This document shows positions 15,271 to 28,800 of a DNA stretch of 64,000 nt, piece by piece. The DNA lies in the NCBI GenBank assembly GCA_003971905.1, contig RSEE01000017.1, positions 248,001 through 312,000 of the forward strand, in the 5' to 3' direction. The position numbers and the translations under genes are program-made. The DNA comes from Moniliella sp. 'wahieum' (lineage: Eukaryota). Under the pieces are notes generated by a model. That model worked only from the letters and a program-made list of their open reading frames with translations, did not search any database and was not told the origin of the DNA. Position 1 is the first letter of the stretch. The number at the start of each line of letters is the position of its first letter.

Positions 15271-16168
15271 TCAACTCCAAACAGAGAACCACTCTTTGGG
15301 GAGACCTCCCTTCGCAATACACCCCAGTCCTAGTGAGATAGAGATGACTGTGGGTCAAAAAGTGCTACTGTTGTGTGTGCGTATGTGAGAGTCCACTCCC
15401 GATCCCATATCGAAACAGCCGGCCAACATCAACTCAGATACACACCCGTATTTTCCTTTCTCTTTCCAGGCTTCCGCCTGGACACCACACCAAACCCATG
15501 ACGAGATGGCGGCATCTTCGTAACCCGCATGGTTGCCAACGGAGCCGTCAATGAGAAGGAGGCAGCTCCACGATAAAAAGTCCGAATGATGCCTTCACCA
15601 TCAGGCCTCAGGCGTGGTCACGCGGCCACGCGGTCACGCGTACGGCAGAAGCCTAGTGCCACGTGTCGGTGCAAAACCGGTATCCAAACCCTAACCCCCG
15701 CCGGCGAGGGACCTGTTTTCAAACCCGCAATTTGGTCGGATGCCGAGTCGGAACATTCACTTTGGATCACACACTTGCTATTGCCCCTCGGTCATTACCG
15801 GCCATAGTCCGTGCGCTGGTACGGATCGACCCGTAAGCAACGTTCGATATTCAGGCCATTCTTCAAGCTTCAAGCTCTTCAAGCTTCAAGCGTCAGCGTC
15901 AGCGTGTCAAGGCACAGCTCAGGCTGCTCAGTTGAGCGCTCCTGCCCCATCGAGGCCTCAGGGCCTTAACGTTCAATGCTGGCTACGCTGAGGCGCTGAG
16001 GCCCGTGCTTGCGGGGTCACCCAGTCACATCGGTCACGTCATGCCTTTTGCTGGTGCAATCGCCGACGCTGACAGATGTGCTGGGTATTTAAACTCTGCC
16101 CTCAGCCCCACCACCCATCCGCAACTTCATCGTTCCTCTTTTCTCTCTTCCACCTCCAACGTTTCCAA

Positions 16169-17024
16169 ATGTCCTCTCTTAGCATCCTCATCTTTGGCGG
16201 GCACGGCAAAGTGGCCCAACACCTTACCCGGCACGCGCTTGCTGCTGGCCACACGGTCTACTCGGTGCTGCGGCAAGAGGCGCATTTCAACGATCTGCCC
16301 AAGCCCGAGGGGCAGGCAAGGTGGTTCCGGTGCTGGAAAGTATTGAAACGGCGAGTGTATCGTCGCTGAGTGCGCTGTTGCAAGAGCACAAGCCTAATGT
16401 GGTCGTCTGGTCCGCTGGGGCCGGCGGTAAAGGCGGTCCGGAACGGACGAGGGCGGTGGACTTTGAAGGGGCCAAGAAGGTGTTTGATGCGCTGGAAGCT
16501 AGTGGTTTGCCTACCTCGTCCACCTTCGCCGCTTCATCATGGTCTCGGCCATTGACACGCGCGACCTCTCTCGTCCCCCGCCCTCGTGGTACACCAAGGA
16601 GGACATTGCCAGTAGCCAAGCAGGCCATGGCGCCATTCCGTTTTACTATGAAATGAAGTTGGCTGCCGACCAAGACTTGGTCAAGCGCACAGCGTTTCCC
16701 TGGTTCATTCTCCGCCCTTCGCTCCTCAAGGACGGGCCCGGAACAGGCAAGGTCAGCCTCGGCGCCCGTACTGCCATCGGCACTCCGGTACGTATTCTCC
16801 TGCGTTGGCATTGCTAGGATGTACCCCTACTGACCTGTCCCCTTGCCCTCCCTCTCCATTCCCAGGTCTTCCGTGATGATGTGGGCCGTGTCCTGTTGGG
16901 CGTCGCCGAGGCGCCCAAAGGCCAGTTCGATGGTCTCGCCCTCGACCTAACCAATGGCGAGGTTCCGATTCCCCAAGCGCTTAGCGAGGCGCTCGCGCGC
17001 GGACGGACTGACTTTGAGCCCTAG
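16169..17024 (+). CDS. NAD(P)-binding Rossmann protein (atypical SDR)
   Basis: ILIFGGHGKVA, VVWSAGAGGKGGPERTRAVDFEGA, YYEMKLAADQDL and WFILRPSLLKDGPGTG. Intron at about 16788-16865. Confidence 0.88.
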
Positions 17025-18959
17025 ACTGGGCCGGCTTGAACTGTACGACGCACCTGCCCTGCATTGTGATGCGCGAACTGCAGAAAGAATCTTGTCTTGT
17101 CACCATGTCACCCCACCCCAACCCAACCAAAACAAAACAAAGCAAAACATGGCATGAGATTGGACTTTGGTCTCTTCTTCTTTCTGGCTTGGAGCCCAGG
17201 TGGCACCTACGGGCCCCATGGAGGATGGACGAGAGATGATGGTGCGTGTGGGGCAGGTCTTCTTTTAGTGTCTCTGTAAGAGCCAGTGTGTCCATCTTGA
17301 TCACCGAGAGGCAGTGGAGTCGGTCGCGAGGAAGAACACCTGATGGGTGTTCTGAGCCCGTTTTCTCGAAGCGGGGGGCTTTGAGACATTGATGTCTTGA
17401 AGGCATAAATGAACGATGGTAGCTACCATGGTCAGATTGATTAGGGCTCTGTATTATGCGGATGAGATGCCCCTTCTGTCCCCAACGGGTGGAGGGGGGG
17501 TGAAGATACGAGATGCGCAGAGGGGCATGCTTGTCCCTTTTGCTCTTCTGTGGCTGCCAGGCAGATGAAGGCGGCCAGAAGGTTGTTGGGGGGTAATAGA
17601 TACACGGCAAAGCGAACGCAGCAATTGCCGGCCGGGGGCTAGTCGGAGCTGAGAGGCCGCCGCCAATTCCAACTTAGTAGCCGAAATCCCGACAGTTGGG
17701 CGGAGTCCGAAGGACAAAAATTCCCTCTCTTATGTTGCTGTGCAGGGCCACATATACACCGCTTTTGGCTTTTGGAAGACAACCTGTGTGCACTGATAGT
17801 ATGGATGTTGGATGCAATCCCCATATCCCGTCTCTCGGCATACCGGCGCTCGCTTGCGGCCTTTCATGCGCGTCCGGAAAAAACGGGTGGAAGAGGGAGA
17901 AGTGCAACGGGCGCGGAAGAGGGTGGGATGGTGACATCATTGATGTGCCGCCGCAGCTGCCGTTTCGGAATGAATCTTGAGTGTCCTAATGCCTATGGCC
18001 TCTCATAAAGGCAGCCTGCAGTGAGATTGCATCTTGGGCCGAGGGCCTGGCCCCTCTCGTCTGAGTCATACGCGCACAGGTTAATGGTGGCTCGCTCCAA
18101 GAAGCATAGTATATTGATCGTGCGCGCCGGCTCTTTTGCAGTCAACCGGGCTATGCGTGGTTGCGCACGTCCAAAAAGGTGTCTCTCTCTTTGTCGGGGG
18201 GTGCGAGAGGAGGCGGATCCGCGGTGACCCTGATCCATCAGTGTCAGCACAGGTCAGCACGCACAGCCTCAGGATTATGCTGTCTGTCTGTCGTTCCTGT
18301 GCGTGAGGAAGCTGGGTGGTGTCGAGAAAACATGGCAGACCTCAGGCGATGTGGTGAGTGAAGCTCCCTCTATGACGCTACTGCGAGTTGGTTTGGATTC
18401 CCAGGCGACTGAGTACTGATGAAGCAGAGAAAGGAGACAGAGGGGTGCACATGCAGCACAGGGGGGAGGCTGCGCTGAGCGAGGCGCAAATGGGCAGTGG
18501 AGGGGCAAGGGCGCGTTGGCCTTCTCCTTTTGCACTGCAAGGGCAATGCAGGGGGAGGGCGGTATGCGGGAGGGGTGAGGTAAGCGTGTGAGCGTGTGCG
18601 GGAGGACAAGGCAGAGCGAGGCGAACGGAGGCTGCAGGAGCTGCGGCGCGCTGTCGCATGGCGCGTGTCATGCAGTGAGGCCGAGCTTGGAGCCGAGGGT
18701 CGAGGCCTGAGCCTCAGCACTCGTGTGGGGGGCGTTGCAGGTGGCATGCATGCCAAGCTAACCCCCGCGCGTGGCCGGGCTGGGTGGCGCAGCGCCGGAG
18801 GAGGCGTGGCATGTGCTCCAACGGCAGTTGGTATTTGCGACGCATCTGCCGCGATGACGTCAAGGACGCCATGACGTAGCCCGGCACCCAGGCCAGGCCA
18901 AGCCGGGTGGCTTTTGGGGTCCAACGTCCACCGTCCAACGTCCATCGACCATCTGGCTC

Positions 18960-18987
18960 CATGATGCATGATGCATGATGCATGATG
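18960..18987. repeat. (CATGATG)x4 heptamer array, preceded by degenerate (GTCCAAC)x4 at 18919-18946
   Basis: Read directly from the sequence. Confidence 0.9.
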
Positions 18988-19733
18988 CGGGTGGGGGCGC
19001 GGAGCCACCGGTGAGCCACCCCACTCAGCGCTATTGATATGGACGTGTGACGCGTGACGATTGTGCGTAGTGGCGCGCGGGGAAGGCAGGGCGGGGCGGC
19101 AGTGGGCCCCTGGCGGAGGCACCGGATGGCATGCATGCATGCGCTGGGCCTGGCACTGGCTCCGCAGCACGTGGGGAGAGGCGCGGGCTGGTGGCTGATG
19201 GGTGAGGCCTGAGGGGCTCTGCGTACTTGATTGGGGAGGCGTGGGGGAGGGTGATGCGGACGGGGCCAGTGGGAGATGCATGTGGGGGATGCGCGGGATG
19301 ATCGATGATCGGCGGTGGTGCGGTGTCTTGCAGGCTGTGGACAGCGCAGGCTTGTTGCGTCCCTCTCCACGCGGGCGGCGGCGACGGCCGGACACGCAGC
19401 GCTGCGGAGCGCCGGGGATAGCAGACCAGCACCGAGGACAGCAGATGGGACACACCGGCCTGGGCAGTGTGCCGCCGGTCGCTCGCTTGCGTCACGCACT
19501 GCACCACAAGGCGCTGGCAAGCACACGCACAGCGCCCCCCCCGGCCTCACTCGACCCGTCCCGTGCCCGTAGCCACTCGCCATCCCCCCGTCGCTCTCAG
19601 CCCCATCCCCCTTATTACTCCTGTCGCCCCTCCGCATCCTGCCCTCGCCACCTGCTCCCACGTGCTCCGCGCCCCCCCCTCGGCTTTCGCTTCTGCTGCG
19701 CCACCACCACCACCACCACCATCCGTCGCCACA

Positions 19734-21081
19734 ATGGCCTGCGCCAGCCGCCCCCCTCCCCAGTAAAAACCCTCCCACTGCTGCCCTTCCCTGCTTCCCC
19801 CCCCCCATGCCCAGCCACAACGCAGCGCGCCGCGCGCGACTCCTGGCGCTCCCTCCTCCCCGACGGAGACCCGTTGTTGGTCCCCCCCCAGCTCCACTCC
19901 CTCGTCCGCCTCCAGCGCCACCTCCGCTCAAAAGGCTGCCTCCTCTGCCTGCCCTGCCGCCCCCTGCACCCCTCGCCATGCCTTGCTCGCCCTCGATCCC
20001 GACCCTGCTGCCTCGCTCCCGCCCCAGCCGCTGCTGCCGCCTGCCCAGTCCCAGCCCACCTCCTCGGCATCAGAGTCCGTCACAAGCAGCGCCAGTCATT
20101 CGCTTGCATATACCGAGCGCAGGCTCTCGTCCCAGTCGCAGTTCAGCGCACGCACCCAGCTCAGCGCCCGCTCCCAAGCCAGTGCTGCCAGCGCCTTCTC
20201 CTCCGACTCACTCTTCCCCGTTGCCCCCATCATGGAGAGCCCCGCCGCGGTAGACCTCGACGGAGCACGAGCCCGATCGCGTTTCCTGCTGCTCTGCCTC
20301 ACCCCCTCTGGCTCAGCGCAAAGCGCGTGCTGTCTCGCCTTTATCCCTACCGACGCGAGGCAGCACCGGGCCGCAGCATGGACGCCGAAAGTAGCACCGC
20401 CCCATACCCCCTCAAGCCTCGCCTCTCCCGCCCGGCCCAGCAGTACCCGCAGTTGGAATGGCCAGGAAGGCCAGCCTGCCTATGTCATCCGTCACTCGCC
20501 CATGACCACCACGCCGTTTTTAGAGAAGCGCCCCGCCCCGCCTGAAACAAGGCTGGATGTGGAGACGCATGCCAATGGGTATACCATCCGGCTCAACCTG
20601 CCTGGGTTCACCATGGACGGTATCTCGCTTTCGGTCAAGCGTACGTATGCCTTCCGTGTTTTGGTAGAGGAGTGGTAGCTCATATTCTCTTTGCTTTCCT
20701 CACGTTCTCCTTCCCGTTCCCGCGCTTGTTCCAGACCATCGCACCATCCACATTGTCGCCGACAAGTGGGACGACGAGACGGGGGGACACTTTGAGCCCA
20801 GCGTCGTATTTGGCCCCGACGCGGATTTGCACAATGTGCGCGCTCAGTTTGACGGTACGCTGTTGGTAATCGATGTGCCGCTCAAGTTACAACGCCCGTC
20901 CTCGATGGGAGGCAGACGGTCCAGTACCCTGACTACCCGCTCCGAGCCAGGCGGCCGCTCACGCGTAACCCAGTCCCGGGCGCTCCCCGAGCGCAACCAG
21001 CGGCGACTGCGTTGCGTTCGAGTCCGGTGGCTGGATTGCCCCCGTCGACGGAGGAGGAAAGGGCAACAAGTCTGGCGGTAG
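19734..21081 (+). CDS. HSP20/alpha-crystallin-domain protein with long low-complexity N-terminus; frameshifted
   Basis: RLDVETHANGYTIRLNLPGFTMDGISLSVKR, an intron at about 20641-20734, then HRTIHIVADKWDDETGGHFE...DADLHNVRAQFDGTLLVIDVP. Confidence 0.75.
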
Positions 21082-22099
21082 CGGTTCCCCAACTCCCTAG
21101 CGGTCGAACGACACGTTTTTTGTTTCCTCGTCCCCCTCGTTTTCGTCCATAACTTGTTTTCCTGCACCTCTTGTGCACCCCCACTGATCCTACTCGGAAT
21201 CGTCTTGGATGAACTCATCTTTGACGGTTGAACTCCGATGGAGAGCAGAGGCCCCCACCCCCCGCTGGGCCCTTGCCGTACCCTACCCAGGACCGGTTTG
21301 TCAACGCTCCATCCAGCTTCATGGTAGCACGTGCACCTGCCTTTCACATACCTCGCACCCGATACCACATGTCCCTCCCACATAAACACTGAACTCTCAC
21401 TTTGCTTTCGCTCGTTGTCTCGATTCCCATCCCATTCTGTCCATCCTCCGTCTCCCTTTTCCTCTCCACTTCCCTCTGCCGCACCCTCCCCCTCTCACTG
21501 CCTATTTTGCCAGGCCTCATCTCATCCTCCGTCCCTTCTTTCCTCCCATAGATCCACCGGACCCGCCCCAACCCGTCTTGCTCGCACCCCCCTCTCCCCG
21601 TCCTCTGCTGGCCCAATAGTCCATGTGTGCCGTTGGACCCGATATCAGTCTCTCCCACACCATGGGCTGCGCCGGCTTGGAATATCGAGTCTCTTGACGA
21701 ACCAGACCCCGATCCAGATCCAGATCCAGATCCATAACCATACGTCTACGTGTCTACGTCAGCCCCCTCCCCCCCCCCTACATCCCTTTTTCACTTTCCT
21801 ATCGCTGCTGCTGCCCTTCCATCCTGTTCTGTTCCGATCCACCTCGCTTCTGTCGCGCGCCTCTCGCTCTCGCTCTTGTTCCCCCCCCAAAAAGAATCGC
21901 CCCAGTCGCGCAACCTATTCTTGGACTGTCACGCTCTTCTCGTTTCGACGTTTGGGTTTCGCGGTCCGACCGAGTGGCAGCGGCTGCGCATGCTAGCGTT
22001 GCGCCCGCTTGGGGGCCTGGGGCAAGGGGGGGCGGGTCGTAGGGGGCAAATGCCCTACGGCAGGGTGTGGAGTGTGGGTTGTGCATTATGCATTGTCAC

Positions 22100-22152
22100 G
22101 CTTCAAGCTTCAAGCTTCAAGCTTCAAGCTTCAAGCTTCAAGCTTCAAGCTT
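22100..22152. repeat. (GCTTCAA)x7.5 heptamer tandem array
   Basis: Perfect repeat. Shorter copies of the same unit occur at 15861-15891 and, degenerate on the reverse strand, at about 50272-50314. Confidence 0.95.
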
Positions 22153-23408
22153 GCAGTGCCACGCTTCGATCAATATGGCGCGTGAAGCTAGTATCGTGAA
22201 GGGCTCAGGCTGAGCGCTCAAGTGCCCGAAACAGTCGGGTTTCTGTGCCTTGGCAGACCCCTAGGGATGTGTGGATAAATGGAATGCAGGAGGCGGACGT
22301 GTGCCCGGTCAGTGGGCGCTTGGTGGGCGCTCCGAGTTGGGCGATTGTAGCGCTCGGTCCCGTACGGGCCGGCTCAGCTTTGCTTCCCCATCTCGATCTG
22401 TATGCGTTCTGGGCACTGGTGCCAAGGCACGAGTGACGTTTGTGTCACGGTACGCCAGATAGGCACGGCGGGGTCTCGGGCTAGGAATAAGCAAAAGGGA
22501 ACGGCGGCTCATGCACATATCGGTGTCCAGTTTGTTCCTGTAGCTGGGCAAATAAGAGTGGTAGGAAGGGGGGCTGCGGCGCTGAGGGCCAATTCAAAAG
22601 AAGGCGACTGGCTTGGGAGCTGTGGGAATGTGGAACCCGAGAACGGCGCAAAGGAGAACTATAGTAACTAGTAACCGGTAACCGCGGTAGGATAGGCACA
22701 TGGGCTCCCGGCTCCCAACACACGAATCTCAATCTCCGTCCTTCTCTTGGTCGCGCTGTAGCACTAGCGGGCGTAATGCATAATGGCCACTGCACACGGT
22801 GGACGTGCGGTGGACGGACAGAGGCCAATAAGCAGGGCCGTGCACACGGCGCAGTCCCTCTGCGGTGGTTCGCGCGGGCGCTTTCCCCCCTTTTTTTAAT
22901 GCGGTCCCTGTTTTTCCCCCTCGGACGCCCCGTCGGTCCATTGGCTGCTCGACCTTCACGCTTCGTCCCACATCAAAAAGGAGTCCACGGACCGAGCTCC
23001 GCGCTCTCTCGTACTCCGCACGACGCGGCGTGCAGGGGGGGGGGGTCCTCCTGTCCCCACGTGCCCTACTGCGCTGGCCAACGTGGCTCGCGGTCACCGT
23101 CCTCGCGCGGCGCAGCGTATAGGGTACAAGGTACCGCTCCAAAACAGCAGCAGGGTTCGCGCCCTCCGGCCTCACCTCCTCTCCCAACCGCGCCAGGGAG
23201 GGCCAAGCGAAGGAAATGAAAAGAAAGCACCGAAAGCTCATGATATACCCACTGCCACAACAGTGCCGGAAAATGTGCAACAGTGCATGAGTGGAGAGAG
23301 ATGACCAGGGGGAGAACAGCAGATAGAACCGTGCACCATTATTAGGCGCAGCAGCACCATCCGCAATGTTATTCTGCAACCAAAGGAAACAGCGCCATTG
23401 TCGGAGCC

Positions 23409-23842
23409 TGTCACAGTCGGGGCTATGGCGAGGGAGAGTATGTTGGGACCCGCGGTCCCGTACGTAGGCCAAGGCGCTTTAACGTTAACACCATTTGCCC
23501 CTTATTATTATTTAACCTCCGAAGCCTCCACGTGTATACTCAGGTTTGTTGAACCCCTGTCTCCTCTAGTGTGTGGCATAAGACTTAGACCTACCGTCCA
23601 CCACCGCAATTGCATCGCTCTACATTTCCAGAGGTTCATCACGCAACCCCTTGGGTCCCCCCGGTCTTAGATCTTACAGAGCAGAGTCGAGACTAGGTCG
23701 AGGGATGAATCAATCATTCGTGGGCAAGAAGCATGAGCAGATGACATGGTGCGAAGGGGGAGAACAGTAATGAAAGAGCGAGACGCCGCTCGGGACGAAG
23801 AAATTGGAAATGGGAGCGAGATCAGCCAAACTATTATATGAC
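23409..23842 (-). mobile_element. Diverged solo LTR of family A (same family as the 43692-47442 element), split by a nested insertion
   Basis: 23409-23437 matches the reverse complement of the LTR's last 29 nt at 28/29 positions. About 23679-23842 matches the rest (e.g. GACGAAGAAATTGGAAATGGGAGCGAGATCAGCCAAACTAT). Confidence 0.9.
23441..23678 (+). mobile_element. Solo LTR of family B nested inside the family-A solo LTR
   Basis: TGT...ACA termini flanked by GAGTA/GAGCA (5-bp TSD with one mismatch). Shares blocks with 42257-42604 in reverse orientation. Confidence 0.8.
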
Positions 23843-25873
23843 CCCGCGCCAGGCACATCTTGCACACCGCATCGGGCCCTGGGTGGGGGATACACTGTGT
23901 GATCCATATGCCCCTATGATGGCGGAAAAGTCTATTAGGACAGAGAGGATCCTTAACTGCAGTAGAGGATGATGGTCATCGATCACAGATGGTCGCGCGT
24001 TTTAAAATTTACCCCAAGCGCTTGGGTGCACACCATCCATGTAACCCTAACCTCGTCTCCCCTGCACGGGGGCAGTAGCACATAACGCATGGCGCCGACC
24101 ACCTATAAAACACGCTATAGCGGACCAAATTGGTGCAAGACCTAAGGCGAAACGCGGAACGGCGATGCATCGGCATCGCTCTTGGCAAGGAGTAGTACAC
24201 TACATTAGTATGCACCTTAGGTCCTCTCTCAGCCGGGGAGACGTACCAGGTGAGAGTGCCAACACCACAGTGTTTTTTGCTTATACTCTCCGAGAGTAGT
24301 GTCGTGTCATTATATTTTGCTGTGTGCTTTTCGCAGATAGAGCAGGGGGGATCCCACACCAGAAAAGAAACTTATTCACAGAAGCCACAAGCATGCTCAT
24401 CGACATCCCTCGGTCAACTGACACACGTATGTGAACGAGATGCATTACATTAGCATACGCAGTCGCCTCCCTCAGCCCAAACGGACACACATCTCTGAGT
24501 CGTGAGATACGAGATCCCTTGGTGAATTGAGGGACAACTCAAGGAAGGTTCGTGCTTGAGATGGTTAGTGGAATCCGAACAGAGCGATAGCAAAAAGGAG
24601 TGGCGTATCGGCATGTATATAGCAGAGGAGGCTGCACGTGTGGCAAGGCTGCATATTCACCGTCGGCTTGGGCACAAGAACACAATAGGAGGAACGTTTC
24701 TGAAGCCTCTCCGGGACTTAGAGACGTAGAGAGGCAGCGAAGAACAAACACTGAGAGAGCTGGGACCGGGCAGAGACGATATTCGGCTGCTGGTGAAGAG
24801 AAACCCAGACACAACAATAAGACTGTTGGGACTGAACTCGACGTGGCCAAAGGTGAACTCACCCGAGTTGACTGATGGAAAGCTGAGAACGGGAGGACGG
24901 AAGACGAGATGGTAATCAAGTGGAGAAGATGTTGCCTGTATTGGACTAATTGGCTGGAAACCGACAGTAATGAATAGGAGAGGCAGAAGGGGACGGAGAT
25001 GGAACATGGGAAAAGACCCCTAACCGCTACCAACCAACAGGGTTACAGGCCAATAGATATGAAAGGGCAATCAGGCGCAAGAGGGGTGTAGAAATGGAGA
25101 CACAGAAACAATGGTTTGACTGCCAAAGGCGCAACAGAGAATGATAGAGGTAAGCGGGGACGCGGCGACAATTGCCGCAAGTAGGATACCACCGACTTGG
25201 TGGCCTCTCATTGGGGCCACCGCCTTCACCTTGAGCACGAGGTGACTATTGTCGCATGGATGCGTGGCCACTCGGGCCACCGTACCAGCAACAATCAAAA
25301 CCTTGGTTGGACTTTGAGAGCGCAATCTACTGGGCATGGGTAGAGGAATTAAGGCGACCCTACTAGCTTGGATCCGACCATCTCAGATCCGACACGTCCT
25401 GTAACATCCCTTCTCTCTTCTCACTTTTGATGAAGCAGGTATAACATCTCTTTTGTTGATGGTATGTGCCCTCGAAGTCCGTCCGCTGGGCTTATTGTAC
25501 AAGAAGCAATTCAGAGCCATTTCCCTTTTCGCTCTCTGACTGCTTGTTGTGGTGGGTGCTGTGGCTTGTTGCTGTGAAAAGATGTGGATGCGGGGCAGCA
25601 GCGGGGCGGCGGGGCGTCTTAGCTAAGCACGCCCGCCCCCCCGCCACCTTGGCAGGAGGCAGACATGCCAGCCAGCTGAATGCGCCCCGGCGCGCTCCAT
25701 TGTTGGCAGTCACATGTGATCTGCGTGTGACCACACGTCACACGGCCTGTCGCCGGCACAGCGGCCTGCTGCTGCTGCGCTCCAGGCGGCCTTCGCTTCG
25801 GCGCCTCCCTCCACCTCCCTCCGCGCCCCCTCCAGCAGCACCGCCGCCGCCCGCCGCCCCTCCCCTCGCCGCC

Positions 25874-28800
25874 ATGCCTGCGACGACGGCGCCGGCAGGC
25901 CAGCCCCCGCTGTCCGCGCCAGATGCGGCGCCCCCCGCCCCCTTCTCTCCCCGTCGAGACCACCAACTTCAACGCCGTCAAGGCCCGTCGCTGCCCATGG
26001 CCTCGCACTCGACCCCTGCATGACCGCCGAGCAGGCTGCTGCTGCCGGCGACCTGGGGCAAGGCACCCCTATGTCTCCACTGCACCCCCCTCCCCGACGG
26101 ACGCATCCTCTGGCAGCTGCGCACACGAGCCCCGTCGCCCGCCGCAGCTGCCGCCGCCGCGCCCTCCCTCCCGCCCGGCACCCCCTCGGCCTTGACCGCC
26201 TCCTCGTCAGCCCTCCCCGTGGCTCGCCAGCGACAGGCGCCGCGCTCCAGAGTGGCGACATGCTCGGCGCCGTTCTATCCACCCACCCGTCCTGGGCTGC
26301 TGCCGTCGCCCATGCCCAGTCCGCGGCGTCGCCGCCTCCACCGCTCGATGACCGCTGGGCCCGAGCGTCATCTTCCACCCGCTTACCCTGGCCCAATGGG
26401 CCTCCCTTCCGCCGGCACCGCTCCCTGCGCCAGCGTCTTCTTCCAATCCTCCCTCCATGCTTGCTGCCCACTTCGACTTTTTCCAGTCCCTTTCTCCCCG
26501 ACGGATGCGCCTGAATCGGAGGATGACGAGCCCTGCTTGGCCGACGACCCGCGCTTTGCCGTGGGGTGTGGCCCATGCTAAACAACCCCACCGAGTCTTG
26601 CAGACGTCCGGTCCCGGCTCTGCTGAGGCTCCCTTGGGGCTCATCGAGGCCACCAGCGAGACAGCCCCGCCCCCCTTTGAAGCTTATCAGCTGCCTGGGC
26701 GAGACATGGTCCCCCCCCTACGCGCCTATGAGGTCTCCGCTCTCTTCCCCCGGCGCTCGTCTGCCCTCCTGGCCGCCTCAGCCGAGCGGCTCGTAGCTCA
26801 GCTCACTTCGGTCATTGATACGCGCCTCCAGACCGACTTTTTCTACACCTTCCGTCTGTTTATGACTCCACACACCCTCCTTGACCTTCTCCTGGCCCGA
26901 TGGAATGGACCTTCCTGTCTTTGACGCTCAAATGGGTGAGGATTCACCGAGAACTTTGGCTCGAGTCAGCCGCTGTTGCCAAACACGACCCAAGCCAGCC
27001 GCCAGATCCAATCTGTTGTTCGGGTGCGCACCATGGTCGTGCTCCGCTTTTGGCTCGTCCACTTCTTCGACGACGACTGGTACCCTGACCGCAGTTACGC
27101 TCGAGACTGTGCGACTGGCTCAATGCGACTCGCCAGGGTGCAGCGGATCCGGGCGTGGCAGGGGTGCTGGATGCGTTGCGTAAGACGGTCCGTCGGGTTC
27201 AGGCCGTATATGGGGCGCAGCCTTCTAGCGATGGCCCGTTGGATCTGTCAGACTTGCTACCACCTTCTGCCTTGGCATTGCGTAAGGATACCGAGACGTT
27301 CCCTACTGCACCATCCAAGGAACAATCCAAGCGCCCGACGCCTTTACGGAACATGCTTGGCAACCTACACCGCATGACCCGCGTTCCCACTCGCAAGCCC
27401 TCCAAACAGACGCTCTCCCCCTTGCTTGCGTTCGGACATGACATAGGTAGCACTACAAATTTGCTGGAGCAACAGCCCATTGCGCGTGCAGGCCCAATTG
27501 CGGATCTGCTCACCATCCCGGCGCAGCTGCAGGCCTACCTCGAGTACTACGATGTGGTTGTCTGAGCCGGAGGACAGCTTGTCGGCAGGCGACCTTAAGG
27601 AGGCGGATAAGCCTGAGTCGGAGGACAGCTTGTTGGCAGGCGACCTCAGTGCGCCAGAGCACAAAATCAGGCTGGCCGTGCCATCGGCGACGACCAAGTC
27701 TGTATCTGTGGAAGCATCCGACCTGTCGAAGGCCAATCCCGCCCCTGTGCCTGCCACGGTCGCGGACAATTTGGCCGAGGACACGGACCACTCAAAGGTT
27801 GTTGAGGTACAGGGCACTGCACCCCAAATGCTTGAATCATCGTTTGGGCCGGAAGGGTCCACGGCGTCTCGGCAACCTCTTTCCCCCTTCCTGCCGTGAA
27901 ACCGTACGTGTCTGAGCACCCTGATGGCTGGCTTGAGCAACTCACAGGCCCGAGCAACGAGTCGGTGTGGAACGACTGGCATAGCACCTCGGCCGTGTCA
28001 CATGCCACCTCCACTTCGGCCGCACCAAGCGGGGGGACATTTGGTGTTGGGCCCCAGAGTTCGATGGCGTCGCTACCACTGTCCCAGGATTTGTCGGCAG
28101 ATGATTCCCGGGTTTCCTCGGATAGCAAGGAGGCCCCGGACGTTGCTCCCCTGCGCTCCTCGCCCGTACCACCCCTTCCTACGAGCTTATCCCGCGTCCT
28201 GCCTACCCCCGCACGACCGCCTTCGATTCCCTGCCTCCCTTCCCGGCTCCGTTGGAGCTATTCCCTTCCGGTAATGATTCGGATGGTGACTCGGAGGTGC
28301 TGGGTATGCACGAGCTGGATGTGGTCCAGCCCGGCTCGAGTCGGGGCAAGACAGAGGCCCCTCTAAACTTGTGGGGGAGAAGACGAGACCTGACACCCTG
28401 CGCCTCTTCTCCTGCGCCTGAGGCGGAGGCAGGACCAAATGCGGCTGCTGTGCTTCCCTTATCTCCCGATGAAGCCTTGCCAGAGGAGACGCCAATTGAG
28501 ACTCCTCTTCCCGTTTCGTCCCCCTCGATCGGCCCAGTGCCGGAGCAGCATGCTGTTGAGCCTGTATTGCCATCTACGCCGGACCTGATGTGGGAACCGG
28601 CGGAGCACCCCAACCAGCACCGGGACCTTTCTCGTACGCCCGTGCCTGGGCCCCTTATGACAGAAGGGGACCAGGACGATGCCGCCTCGCCTGTACGGAC
28701 AATTTCCTCTCTGCTGATGCAGGTCGTTCAACGCCAGCTTCTTCGGTGGACGATGCGAGACTGTCTAGGAAGGGCAATGACAGCGATGTGGGCATGAGCA

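Noticed and set aside
15686..15696. Telomere-like AAACCCTAACC (also TAACCCTAACC at about 24042)
   Set aside because: Fewer than two full units, which is too short to call an interstitial telomere or telo-box.
18370..19979. Long ORFs 18370-19455 and 18714-19979
   Set aside because: Low-complexity translations of GC-rich promoter DNA and simple repeats.
22100..22152. Heptamer arrays as CRISPR or heat-shock elements
   Set aside because: There are no spacers and the context is eukaryotic. The period is 7, not the alternating 5-bp nGAAn of an HSE.
24012..24026. Palindrome CCCAAGCGCTTGGG as a Helitron 3' hairpin
   Set aside because: No CTRR terminus at the expected distance and no Rep/helicase remnant.
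24539..25337. Hydrophobic minus-strand ORFs
   Set aside because: No recognisable family or consistent exon structure. Possibly a decayed gene, but unsupported.
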